A stretch of 63,222 nt of DNA, filler included, from Choristocarpus tenellus KU-1152 (GCA_964200185.2; 10 parts of 10 records of this genome joined end to end with filler, not necessarily neighbours in it), one strand, 5' to 3'. Positions 51,037 to 63,222 are shown, numbered from the whole stretch's first letter. Notes: generated by a model from the letters alone, not told the origin. Program-made: numbers and translations.

Positions 51037-52703
51037 CTCCCTCTGTTTCATAAGTCTGGGGCATTAAGTTATAGCTCTTCAGGATGACCTCCGATTACAA
51101 AATGGACTTTGTCTTGGATTCCGTGGAATATTTTAAAATAAAAAATATATTGCAAAGAATTATTCAGAGAATTCTGTTATGGAATGGTTCCAAAATAATG
51201 GAACACAGAATGGGGCATATTCTTATCATTTTATAATGTTCCTGCTGCGTGGAGTCGCACAAACACTCTCACAACCCCCATGGTGAGCCCCACAGCCCGT
51301 CACCCCCGGCACAAAGCCCATCATCTCAGGGAAAGAACTGTGAGCTGACCAAGGAAGGTCGGACCACACTTGCTCGGCGTTATGCATTGGCTCTTCCTCC
51401 AGGTCAGAGTTTAATTGGCGAAAAGGTTTGGAGTGGGAGAAAGACACCCTAGGCAGGTTTGGTTATTCGCCAAAGAATAGTTAGACAGGGGGAATACCAT
51501 CTCCCTGAAATCACAATCATGATCTGGATGGCCGTCGGACTTTATGCGGATCAAACAAGAAAAGATCCGGGAAATCAACGCCAGTAATCGTACGCTGACT
51601 ATCAACGAACTATTTCCGAGAAGCTCACCTAAGCGGACCTCGCAGTCAGCAGCTCAAAGTCTCATCGCCGGCTTGAAGCCATGGGAACAACGAGGGTTCA
51701 GTGGCATGCTACCCCTAGCCTTTCGTTTTCTCACAAATACCCTTGAAGATCTTCCTCACCCGCAAAACCTACAGGACTGGCCTCAACACTATTCACATCG
51801 ATGACACGTGGTTCTACCTCATCTGTGAAAAAGAGATGGTGCATATGCTCCCGGTGGAGAAAAGGTGGGCTCAACGAAGGTGCAGCACAAGAGTCACATT
51901 CCCAAAGATATATTCATCTCTGCCGTTTCGTGCCCAGATCCTTCCCATGATTTCATCGGCAAGATCGGGATCAGGCGGGTTTTCTTCGCAAAGAAGGCAA
52001 AATGGACTACAGCGCAGCATACGAAGGGCGAGGAGTACGAGTTCAACGTCAGTGTTGATACCGAGTGGTACCTGGAGTAGTACACGGAGCAGCTGTTCCC
52101 AGTGATCAAGGAAAAAATGCTGTGGCTGGAATCAGGGGAGGCCTCCATACAGCAGGATGGCACGACCCCACATATGGGCAGGGGCACGGTTCAGAAGCTG
52201 AATGCAGCAGGAATGGAGGAGGGATGGAGCATAAAGCTTGTGACAGAGCCAGTTCAGTTGCCGGATCTCAACATGAATGATTTGGAGGGTTTTCCATTTC
52301 TGAAGAGCAGGGTTTGGGCGGAGTGTTATGGCACCGTTGATGAACTTGTAGAGGGGTTTCAAGCATATTCCGCGCATATGACGCAGACATGCTTGAGAGG
52401 GTGCAGCAGAGTCTGTTTAACAGGTACAATCAGGTCTTAAGGGCGCGGTGGGGAGACGATTTCGAGGTAGAGCACTCCGGGACCAAAAAAAGGCAGCGGA
52501 AAGGGTGGGTTGGCTAGATCAAAGTAGACCGAGAGGCCTCTGCGACAGCCCTGGATTGGTGGATTGAGGGTGTCGAATGAAGGCGAGACATAAATTTTAT
52601 ATGTAAAATATTCCAAGGAATCCAACGCAAAGGTCAATTTTGTAATCGGAGGTCATTCCGAAAACCTACAACTTAAGGGCTCAGACTTATGGGACAGGGG
52701 GAG
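51037..52703 (+). mobile_element. Complete-ended, degenerate plant-type mariner (Stowaway-like TIR)
   Basis: TA-CTCCCTCTGT...ACAGGGGGAG-TA with ~110-bp imperfect TIRs. Transposase fragments IHIDDTWFY, VQHKSHIPK, FIGKIGI, IQQDGTTPH and QLPDLNMNDL. Confidence 0.92.
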
Positions 52704-53899
52704 TATGAAGTGTGGAAATTGAGGAAATTGGTGATAAAAAGGTGGAACCTATATGAGATGCTAGTGCATACAAGTATGCTATATTACCCACCACTGAGAA
52801 GACAAGTAGTTCATATACAATGTAGAGAACTATATAATAGAGGGTGTTTGTCCTCTTACTCAAGATTGAGGCTTAGTTATATGACCCCTGAGTCGCTTGC
52901 TCCTCTTGTGGATAGAGATAGAATCAACAACATACCGGAGTATTTATCCTTATCCCTCGCCATTGGCTGCTGCTCCTCTTCAAACAGCAAATTGATTGAC
53001 CAGGTGATCCATCCCACTAAGCTACACTTATCATTCTAGAAACCTTTTGCATAAGACATAACTGGGGGATGGCTGAGAGAAAGTTGTCAGCCTAGAGGTG
53101 TTCGTGTCAGTATAAACATTAAGTCCCAACGTTCACTTGATTTTTTCTGTTCTGTTTCGTTCATTTAGTCAAAATACAGATAATACCCCCAAAAGAATAT
53201 TGGACGACATTTTGATGAGGGCAGTGGTATTGACAGTGTCGAATACTAATGCATTCCACTTTTTTTGATGAGAGGTATTGTCGTACCTTCTTTATGAACT
53301 ACCCATATAAATACTTGGGATACCCTGTAGTACTCCAGAGAACAAACTACTTACATTTTTTAAGTAATAATATTTCAAGGAGGAATTTGCAAGGTTCTCT
53401 ATACCTGGCTAGTATTGTGGAAGGTAGAGCTAATGAAGTTTTTCATCTTACGTTCTACGCACTTTTTACAATTTCGTTCTTTGCAAAATTTTGCCAGATG
53501 GTCGGATCTAGTTGTAATTTTCTCATTATATGTATCGTGTTTACATGTGATGGTGTATTGGGGCGAAAGCCTGTGATTTCAGCTTCAAGTCAGGGTAACA
53601 CTTGGTGCCTGTCTCTAAATACTCTGCTGTTGGCATCTGCATGCATATATCATGAGGCGTTTTCTACAGTCTTGATAAGTCTTGGAAATTTCTAGATCAC
53701 ACAAGGACAGTACAGAAGACCATACTTGGTGGTCAAAGGGCAGGAGCAGAAAAACATCCCAGTGATTTTTTTCAGGACTCAGAGTCAATCTCGAGCTATA
53801 GACGCCCCAAGGAAGGGGTCCCAGGGTGATGGATAACAAAAGCAAGAGGTTGAGAGGGCCGGCTTCAGAGGCGCTGGCAGAAGTGGGGATGCCACAAAA

Positions 53900-55030
53900 C
53901 AAGAGAGGGAGGTCAAAAAAAGATCAGGCAAGGGCCCTGGCGGCTGCAACGAGGAAGAAATGAGGGGAGGATGCCACCAGACATAATGCTGAAGGGGTTA
54001 GGGGAGCTGATTCCAAAGAGCAATTGGAGAAAGTCAAGTTGGTCAGCAAAGAGGTGCTTTCCGATAGGCAGGCACATGCACTGCTGATCCTGTACTACCA
54101 GTTTGATATCAACAACAATATGAGTCAAACCAAGCGGGTGGAGGCTGTCCACCTGACAGCAGGAGTGGGATACAACAAGGTTTCGCACTGTACAAAGTTG
54201 GTAGGTTGAAGGGGAGATCTTTTGCACCTCTGGGGCTGGGAGGGGAACTATTCAAGAACCAACGCATTTAAGAGGGCAGGAGTTTTGCCCTGTTTGTCCG
54301 TTTGGGGCTTGGCTTCCCACGGTTTTTTATGCCCTTTTTCGTTTTTCTGTGTGAATGCAGTTACCTACAATGTATACGACTATGAAAGTGTGTCCGGAAC
54401 AAGGATATTGACACTTCCTAACAAACATGACAGCCAAAATGAATTCAAAGTCGCAACATTGGAGATATGACCCCAAATGGGCACAGTCCTACCCTCTTGA
54501 TTGCTTTGACTCGAAGTCGACCCCGATAAGAGGTGCAGGCTCTTAAATCAAACCTTGACGAGATGGAACTCTTTACCTTCACACAGCACTCATTGGGAAA
54601 TGTGCTCTTCCATTGGGATTTGGTGACCTGGGTAAAGACATACTTTGGGGTGGAACTCCCATTGAGGGATCTGGGTATCATCCTGAAACACTTGGGGTGT
54701 GTGCAGAGAAGGGGGTCGAATCAAGATCCTACCTCTGATAGAGAAGAGGAGAGCATGTGCTCCTGGTTGAATACTCAGGGCCCCTTATAAAGGAAATTGA
54801 AAAGGGTAGAATTATTGTCCAAGTGAGAGATCAGATGAGGCTGGGGTGGTACACTGACCCTAACTGGGATCGCATTGAGGGTGGATGGAAACCAGCAGAC
54901 TGTGGAAAGCTGGTTGCACATGCCTAGAGGGAGATGACAAAATTCACCAAGACAGAGGGCAAGATATTGGTGGGAGACATGTTCAACCTAACAAATATTC
55001 CGGATGAGCTGAAAGGATACGTATGTTAGT
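53900..55030 (+). pseudogene. Possible IS630/Tc1-like transposase relic (HTH region), split by a MITE
   Basis: DLVTWVKTYFGVELPLRDLGIILKHLG resembles the winged HTH of IS630-like transposases. Many stop codons and no catalytic triad seen. Confidence 0.35.
54256..54512. mobile_element. MITE family A, diverged subfamily (like 48898)
   Basis: GAACCAACGCATTTAAGAGGGCA...TACCCTCTTGATTGCTTTGACTC with flanks CAA and GAA. Confidence 0.8.
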
Positions 55031-55514
55031 GAAACCAGTGGATGCCGTAAAAGGAGGAGTAAGTGAGGAGATTTTGCAGAAAGATTATGAGGTGGAACTC
55101 ACTGTGGAAGATAGTAGTAATGACAATGCCAAAGCTGACGAATCTAACCCTAGAATTAATGACAAATAATAGGAGACGAATCAGCAACATTCGGAGTACT
55201 GGAAGTACACTCGAAGTACTCCAAGCACTTTTTTGTCATAAGATGTTGTGCCCTATCCTGCAAATCCTGCGCTTATCAGCACTCCAATGACATAGGCTTC
55301 ACATAATGAACAGGTAGAACAATCGGGTATATATGAAAAAACAGAAATCATACACTTTTAACAGCCGATCACCAAAATAAAGGATGGAGCATTTTATGGA
55401 GGATGAGTTTGACCNNNNNNNNNNNNNNNNNNNNNNNNNNNNNNNNNNNNNNNNNNNNTTAATTAATTAANNNNNNNNNNNNNNNNNNNNNNNNNNNNNN
55501 NNNNNNNNNNNNNN

Positions 55515-56071
55515 CCTTCCATCAGGGTTACCATTGTTCTCGTGCGAGCTGACAACCATAGCTGCGGCACCTCTTGTGGCCTGTCCCAGCAGGAACCATA
55601 AGGCTTCTCGATGCCTAACGTATTCATCGTACGCGCAGCGTTCTTGGAATGATGTGTCAACTGTGGGAGGTGCTGGAATGCAGTATGCAAGTTGAAGTAT
55701 CCGGTATAGTCCTTTGCCGCCTGCGTAACTCACCAAAGCCATCCGCCATTCAGCCCATTTCTCCCGTGTATGACCCCGTGCTCCACTCCAGAGTGGAAGC
55801 TTACGGGGGTCCGCTTCCATGCCGCTGAGGCTCATAACCTATGCAAAAGAGAACTACTCAAGTAGAGTATTTTGCTTTATGTGGTATGGATATGTTTATT
55901 AGCGGAGTGAGCACAGCCCTCGTTGGTGGGGGGTGCTTTCTCTTATTATCTTATTGTTTGTTACATATATCAGCTGACTCATCAGCTGACATATCAAAAC
56001 GTGTCCTGCCGTTACGTCGTACTATGTCACTTATTCTGTGTGGCTAGTACTATGTCAGAACTCCTCCAACA
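55515..56071 (-). mobile_element. 5' end of a Copia element: LTR (56071-55842), PBS and gag start
   Basis: TGTTGGAG...TTTTGCA is followed by TA-GGTTATGAGC, a copia-type internal-tRNAiMet PBS, then a gag-like ORF MSLSGMEADPRKLPLWSG...WAEWRMALVSY...EALWFLLGQATRG that runs into the gap. Confidence 0.7.
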
Positions 56072-56097
56072 GTCCATTTATATCAAGTAATAAAAGA

Positions 56098-56179
56098 CCA
56101 AACATCTGAGATTCGAACTCATTACTTCACACACACGAACAGAAGTCGATGCCACCTGTTCCACTTAGCCAACATTCCC
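56098..56179 (-). pseudogene. tRNA-derived sequence, Arg(TCT)-like pseudogene or SINE head
   Basis: A box TGGCTAAGTGG, anticodon arm CGA-CTTCTGT-TCG, T arm TGAG-TTCGAAT-CTCA. The acceptor stem is poor and the variable region is expanded and GT-rich. Confidence 0.5.
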
Positions 56180-56450
56180 ATTGTCTATTGATGTTCACTA
56201 AATGGATATAAACCATATAGACTATCAGTCTACATTGCACAGACATCAATTTAACCAGAGTGTGTCAATACGAAATATCGTAAGGATAAGAACCACTCCA
56301 GAGAGTCCGAGACAAAAACACAACCCCAGAGTAAAAGGAGACGAGACAGAGTGAATACGTGTGCAACAAATTCCTCTAGCGCTTGCTGATGGAATTGTGC
56401 AAGGATTAAGATGACAACACCACTAAGCCTGATGCACCTTTTCGTAGTTT

Positions 56451-56629
56451 GGCCCAACGTATCTGGGAGGGGGGGGGGGTCTATACCAAGGTGTCAATTT
56501 GGATCAGAATAAGGTGAAGTGCCTTGACAGTATCCATCTGATGTATGCAACCAAATCACCTAAAAATCGCGACATGGAAAAAATGACCCCAAATGGAAAG
56601 CCGTCACCCCCTCCCAGATACTTTGAGCC
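56451..56629. mobile_element. MITE family B, full 179-bp copy
   Basis: GGCCCAACGTATCTGGGAGGGGG...CCCCCTCCCAGATACTTTGAGCC. TSD TTT at 56448-56450 and 56630-56632. Confidence 0.85.
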
Positions 56630-57689
56630 TTTGTTACACGAGACCTACTCAAAAACATACAAAATTATCCTAATTCTGCCAAATGTCTAAACCAAAAAGG
56701 GGGGCAATCAAGCCTGAAACAGATGAGTCAAGCAAAATCATTCCCTCGATTAAACTCCGGAAGACATCGCGATCGTCCACCTCTCCAAGCAGGAGCATTC
56801 TTATTAACTGCTTCGTTTTAACATTCGAGCCCGAGATTTTAGGGGGACAGAAGGAAAGGCACGTCACCTAATGTGTACGAGTGTATGGTGGTGAATGAAT
56901 GAATAGCTCGACCTCAGGTAACTTTAGGATTTGACTAATGGACTAACATCCCACCCCTGATATACAGAGTCGTACCTTTCCAGATAGAACACTGTGGAAG
57001 CCTTGTCCCGCTTCTTCCTTGACTTTGACTTTGAACCATCCATGTCCTCGCCTCCCTTCTCCCCCTCCTCCTCCAAACATCCCTCTGGCTCCTTAGTTTT
57101 CATTCCTTTCACGATCTGATCTGCAACCTCTTTCACTGCGCCTTCATGAACATCTCCTTCACATGCATCCTTCAAAGATATGCACATTTCAATTTGATAT
57201 CATCGTTGGCGGTTGGTGGCTTCTTCTTTGTGGCCTGGTTCCCGATACCCCTAAGAGTTTTGGAAAACTGGGGAGAAGGGGAGAATGGGGATGTGGTTTT
57301 CAGAGAAACTTTAGTGTGAATAAGGTGAAATCTCGGATTGAGTGAGACAAGCGTTGTTGTGGTTGAAGAGGGTGGGAGTTTCGCCCCTTTTCTTCTTCTG
57401 GTTCAAGGCATGGCCTCAACTGATTTAGTCTTTGACGGTCGAACCACTGCGAAGTATTGCGAGCAGGTAAATTGTGTAGGACTATGGAATGACTACGTCG
57501 AAGAGCGATGTTCACACCTCCTAAGAGATATGGAATTGAAAATCATTACAAACAAGTCTCAACCTTGGATGTTGCATCCCCTACATGCGCGACCCGATCT
57601 CTGGTTAATTTTCTGATTCTGCGAGCTTAAGGGAAACTTAATAAGAATCATATAAAATCGTCATAAATCTTCAGCGTAACATCGCAGAA

Positions 57690-59560
57690 ACTAAAGCCAA
57701 TGCAAACTCTATGAGATCCTTATTTTGGGAGAAGATCACCCCCCACACTATATTCCACGTCCGAATATTCTGCGTTTGTTTTGTTCGCGATGGACTTTAG
57801 TTTGTTTCAGCGCCCGGAGATGGATGGTGTATTCCATATAGCGGGTTCAAAACCACAAGTATTTCTAGCCATAGACATTTTGCACATAAGATCAAACGGA
57901 CTGGAGCCAATGGAAAACATATCAGTTGCGTAATGTTTGGAGAAAAAAATCACCACCAAATATTTTTGCCACGGTTGAATGACCTGCGTGTCAGTTTCCT
58001 TCGCGATCGAGTACAGAAATTTTGTCAAGGGCCCAGAGTTGGGTGTGGAGATAAGAATTATGAAATATTTGTGGAATCCACGGCTAAAGAAAATCAATGC
58101 GAGAAGGTTGGATGGTGTCTTCTTTTCCCCCAAAAAGACATCGTCCAAGAACTCGTATTAATACGAGATCTGAAACAGTTGTGGAATGGACACACAGAAA
58201 GAAAATTGAGCGAGAGAAGATTGGACGGTGTACTCCTTAGTGCTCCAAACTACATTTATTTCAACGCACTAAATCTTTGTCGTTTTGATTGAACGGACTG
58301 GAGGCAATCGACGACATAAACAGTTGCGCGATGTTTGGAGTAAAAAATCACCCCCAAAGTTTTGCCATCACGCCTGAATGACCTGCGGTAGTTTCCATCG
58401 CGAATTGACTACTACAAAAACATTATCACTGTCCTCGAGTTGGATTTGAAACAACACACATTCGCCGATCCTGGGAAAAACATGGATGTAACATTTATGT
58501 GGTATGGACGCTACAAAACATTTCAAGCGCCATAATCAATATAAACATAACACCGAACAAAATGGAGCCAATGCAAAATATTATTAGTTCTTTTATTTTG
58601 GGAGAACAAAATCATCCCCAGAGTTTTTTCCCACGTCCGAAAATTCAACGTTGTTGGTTTCCTTCGCGATTGACTTCAGTTGGTGTCAGCGAAGCGCCTG
58701 GAGTTGGTTGGCGTATTCCTTAGCGGCTTCGAACCTACGAATATTTTAACTCCGTAAACATTTGCACATAAATAAGATCGAACAGAGTGGAGCCAATCGA
58801 AAAGATATCTGTTGCATAGTTCGCAGGAGCAAATTCGCCCCCAAATTCTTTTGCCATGCCCCTATGGGCTGCGTTGGTCTCTTTTGCGATCAAGTTCAGA
58901 AATTTTGTCAATGGCCCAGAGTCGGAAGTGGGGATGGGAATTAAGAAACATCTGTTGAATCCGTACCTAAAGAAAATCGACGCGAGAAGGTTGGAAGGTG
59001 TCTTCTTTTCTCCAAAAAAAAAGACATCGTTTTGAAAGTCGTGGGAAAAAAGGTTTTAGAATAGTTGTGGAAAGGACACAGGAAGAAGTTCAATGCGAGA
59101 AGGTTGGAGAGTGTACTTGTTAGGGTTCAAAACTATAAATATTTTGACGCAATAATTAGTTGTAGTTTTGATCGAAGAGACTGGACGCAATTGAGAATAC
59201 ATCAGTTCGATAATGTTTGGAGAAAAAAATCACCCCCCAAGTTTTTTGCCACGTCCGAATATGACCCACGTTAGTTTCCTTCGCGATCAAGTACTGAAAT
59301 TTGTCAAGGGCCCAGGGTTGGATGTGGGGGGATACGAATTATGAAATATTTGTGGAATCCACGGCTAAAGGAAATCAATGTGAGAAGGTTCGATGGTGTC
59401 TTCTTTTCCCCAAAAAAGACATCGTCCAAGAACTCGTATTAATACGAGTTCTTCAACAGGAGTGGTGGAATGAACTCAGAAACAAAATTCAACGCGAAAA
59501 GATTGGATGGTGTTCTCCTTACCCCAAAATATTCATTATTTTCGAACCGCTGGAGATACA
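57690..59560. repeat. Hierarchical degenerate tandem array: six units sharing a ~100-bp head
   Basis: Head motif GGAGCCAAT...TTTGGAG-AAAAAATCACCCCCA...CCACG...GTTTCC-TCGCGAT at ~57694, 57903, 58300, 58564, 58789 and 59183. Confidence 0.85.
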
Positions 59561-60384
59561 GATTTGTGTTTCTTCCATCATGGGTGGGTTGAATATTCGT
59601 CGTATCGTAAGGGATACGACGAATTTTGGATGCGGTGCGGACTGTTCTTCTGTCGTCGAGTACCGCTGGAAACTTCCGAAATGTTTCCAGCAGTCAATAG
59701 ATAGACAAATAAAGGTATATCTGATCCGTATAATCCGCTTCGGTATCAATATTGTGTTGGACATGGAGAAGAACATGGACAGGGTGGGGGGTCGTACATA
59801 CCTCTTCGGTGTTCCCCACACTGACAGGAACTGCCGATGTACATTTCCATACGAGGTGATGTCTTGGATGGAGACCGCTGTCCGGAGGACCCATCGTCAA
59901 AGCGAGGTACGTATACGAGTCCCACGAGGTTTGTGTTTATGGCTATCTTTGGTTACCAATTTCCTGTGTGTGTAGGTTGTGCTTATTGTGGCTGAAACGG
60001 AGAGTGAGGGGGGTGGGGTGGGAGGGGGCGGTGAATTTTATTTTAGTGGTATAGCTTGTGTTTTTATTAAATCGGAATAACTTCCTCAATAGAATGGACA
60101 CATGTATGGAACCATTCGACGTAATCGATTCTTGTGGAATTCATGTACAGAGAGCTTCCGTTAAGATCTTCGTCTTCGACCAATAGACTTTGTCTATACC
60201 TGTTTTGTTTTATACGGTTCAAGCGTTTTTGGAACATGTACGTGGTCNNNNNNNNNNNNNNNNNNNNNNNNNNNNNNNNNNNNNNNNNNNNTTAATTAAT
60301 TAANNNNNNNNNNNNNNNNNNNNNNNNNNNNNNNNNNNNNNNNNNNNGTGTAGACCCCCCCGCCTCCCCCAGATACTTTGGGTC

Positions 60385-63184
60385 ATTGTCCATTTCACCA
60401 CCAGCAGGATAGTGTATTCTTACATTCGTGGTGCCCGCCGTTAGGTATCACAGAACATGTTGTAGTTCTTCCTAGTGTCGATCACATGGAGATGCTGCAT
60501 ATCTTCCCAGTTCCCGCACACTGTTGGATAGGTCTGGTCGTGTCATCCCAGCTAGGAACATAAGTTTCCCCAGGATGGTGCGGTAAGGTTTGTACCTCAT
60601 GTCCAGCTCCTCCTCGTCAGTTCTTCTTGTGATCAGGTCCATTCCTGGGTTTAGAGGTGATGAGGTGCTCCGCACTTCTGTGGATCCCATTTCCTTCACA
60701 AACAATGCTCTCTGCATAGAAATGGTCTAGTGTGATACCAGCCTCATCCCTGTTGATTGCCACCCTGACTTACTTGTCTGGGGTCCCGAGGTCCCGTCCT
60801 TTGTACTTGGTAAGCAGATTGCTCTTCTTCCTCTTTATTTCTTCGTGGAAGTTTCCAGTCAATGAGATGTCATCCACGTAGTGAAAAAGGACAGCGACCC
60901 TTCCATCTTCACTCCTTTTCACATATAAGCAGGCGTCTACATCGCTAACACTCCACCCCTCAGTTAAACTTCTTCCCTTAAGCTCCTTGTGTACGACTCC
61001 ATTGCTGGTTGCTTAAGGCCATAGATAGCCCTGGCAGCTTTTACGTGGATCCATTTGGGCAGTTGTAGCCATACATCTTCAGGGAGCGGTGCGTTCACAG
61101 GTAGGCTTGAGTGAAGTCTAGGGAGTTGATGATCCAGCTTCTGTTAGCTGCTGTAGCCAGGACTGCTCGAATCACGTCAAATCCCACCACTGGACTGAAT
61201 GTACTGAAGTAGTCCACCCCTTCTTGTTGGGAAAAACCCCGTGCCACCAGCCTGGCCTTGACTCTTTCGATGTCTTCATTGGCCGTCCTTTTTATTTTGA
61301 ATATAAATCTGTTTTTGACGGGTCTCCTCCCTGGTTGCAGACTCTCTCCCTCACTGAAGGTTGCTTTGGTTCGTTGGCCCTCCATTTCTTGTTCCATTGC
61401 CCTCTTCCAGTGTTCTGCATCAGGCCCTGCGAGGGCTTCTGCAATGGTTGATGGCTCCTGGTGGTCTATTGAGATGTCACCTGCCATGCCCATCAAACAG
61501 TATGCATTATCCGTGTTTGATCTGAGCAGATTCACTATATTATCTCCCAGTTCTTCCGTATCTCCAGAGTGTAAACCCCTGTAGTCCACCCTGGGTTGTT
61601 CAGCTATCCTGGCTGACCTCCGTTGTCCACTAGGTGATCTTGTCGAGTTCTTGCCCCCGGCTGTTGCTTGGGGTATGGGATCGACTGCAATGTCGAAATA
61701 CCGATCAGAAATCTCTTCGTCATCCGTCGAAGTCATGGTCTCTCTCTCCCCCACGAAGTCCATGATGTGTTCTTCTGGCTCAAACGTCACATGGGCTGAG
61801 GTTACCAACTTGGCCTCTTGAGGAAATCAGATGTGCCAGCATAAGTGATGTACGATCATGTCCCATTGTCACACCTCGCTTGGCGTATGGGTGAAACTTT
61901 GAACTGGCCCCTCTCTGCTGCTTGTCCTGGTGAACATAGCACTCGCTCCCCCAGGCCCAAAGCCTATCGTAGTTGAAAAGATTTACCTGTTAGACGCTTG
62001 CATGGCATCTCTCCTTCCAGGTATTCGTGTGGCATGCCTCCAGTCTTGAAGGCGACGTCCGTGATGGCAAAGAATCAATACTCGTTGTCCAGCCCAGCCT
62101 TGCCAGTTGACTCCTTGCTGCCCCCATGAGTTGCTTTATCGCCCTTTCGGCAATTCTATTGCTCTGTGGTGTTCTCGGTGGAGATTTTCTCCATCGGGTA
62201 CCGTTGTTCGCCAGCATCCTTTGGAACTTCACTGATCTCCCAAGCTCGCCAGCACCATCCCCACTGATACATTTGACTGGTACACCTTCCCTGGTCATCT
62301 GGTCGATATAAGCAGCGGTTGCATCCGTCGCTGTGTTTTTCGTTTTTAATCCATACACCCTCTTGTCTCGGCTGCTCTCATCAACAAACACCTGAAAATA
62401 TTGGTGGCCAGTGATGTCTGCTTTAAAAGGTCCCGCCAAATCTGTGTGGACAACCCCACCGGGCTGCTTGGGGGTCCTGCCACCCCGTTGATAGCTTAGG
62501 GCCTCAGACTTGCATTCCTTGCAGGTCTCGCATTGTAGTTCTGACACTACAGTAGCGTCGGTGATCTCTAAAAGTTCACGTTTCTCGAGATGCTTTATTG
62601 CTGATGGGTTGATGTGTCCCAATATGTTGTGCCAGTCCTTCAATGTCAGCCTCTGCTTTTGGTTGGTTCGTGCAGCGCTGGCTCTCGACTCTTGTTCCAT
62701 GGTGATTATGGTTCCGGTTAAATTTAAGAACCCCCCCCATTTTTGTAGATTTTTCTTGGGCGAATTCTTGGAGGCCCACAGATAACGTTCTTTTGTTTGT
62801 GAATCCATAAATTCTCCTCCATTCCGTCGTATACTTCCCATACTCAATATGCGGCATGGTAGACCTGGGACCCATAGAACATCCTTCAGAACCACTCTTG
62901 TTGGTTTTGCCGTCCTTGTCCGTCACCATTAGAACCATATACCCGGTTTCCTTCCCTTCCAATTTCCCATTGTTTCCGAAGGTGCATGTGCGTTTGGTAG
63001 GCTGATTGCTTACGAGGTCTTCACGATCAGGTGTAAGATGTACGTTTGCTCCCGAGTCACACAATATCTCGACTTGTCTTCCACTGGAGGAGTTGAACAC
63101 CACACTTTTGTTAACCTCCTCGTCTGCTGTCACCTTGAAACTGGAGAAGGAGCGCGCTTGGTTTCCGTCGACTCTGTTGCTGCT
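60385..63184 (-). mobile_element. Ty1/Copia pol fragment (PR-INT-RT), degenerate
   Basis: ILCDSGANVH (protease), WHNILGHIN...CETC (pre-integrase), VHTDLAGP/SGDGAGE/PQSNRIAER (integrase), KARLVARGFSQQEGVDY, LDFTQAYL, HYVDDI and TRPDLS (RT). Flanked on both sides by MITE family B ends (60348-60384 and 63185-63222). Confidence 0.95.
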
Positions 63185-63222
63185 GACCCAAAGTATCTGG
63201 GAGGGGGAGGGGGGTCTACACC

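Noticed and set aside
57690-59560. Repeat-spacer appearance suggesting a CRISPR-like array, and ORFs 57933-58292 and 59301-59975
   Set aside because: The repeats are long and degenerate, the spacers are themselves duplicated, and reading frames are not conserved between units. Kept only as a repeat array.

Overview
Eukaryotic draft-assembly window made of about 11 contigs joined by artificial N-TTAATTAATTAA-N linkers, so adjacency across linkers is not biological evidence. The long-intron genes, TTAGGG repeats and protein families suggest a stramenopile, probably a brown alga (inference). Three host genes were reconstructed exon by exon: a complete 5-exon ankyrin-repeat gene (minus strand, 7880-9931), part of a Der/EngA GTPase gene (plus strand, 30396-33217) and 10 exons of cactin (minus strand, 36843-47473). 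The rest is dominated by decayed transposons: two Ty1/Copia bodies, a third Copia 5' end, a solo LTR with a perfect TSD, two plant-type mariner elements, Tc1/IS630-like relics, two related MITE families with 3-bp TSDs, and a ~0.5-kb TGTTACAGGCG-ended element with 4-bp TSDs. The most interesting signal is a broken RelA/SpoT-like (alarmone-synthetase-type nucleotidyltransferase) coding region at 18290-18868, cut by a Copia insertion. Also notable are a hierarchical palindrome-bearing repeat array (57.7-59.6 kb) and short TTAGGG arrays concentrated in introns. I could not establish an intact novel multi-gene system. All protein-family assignments are by eye, without database searches.
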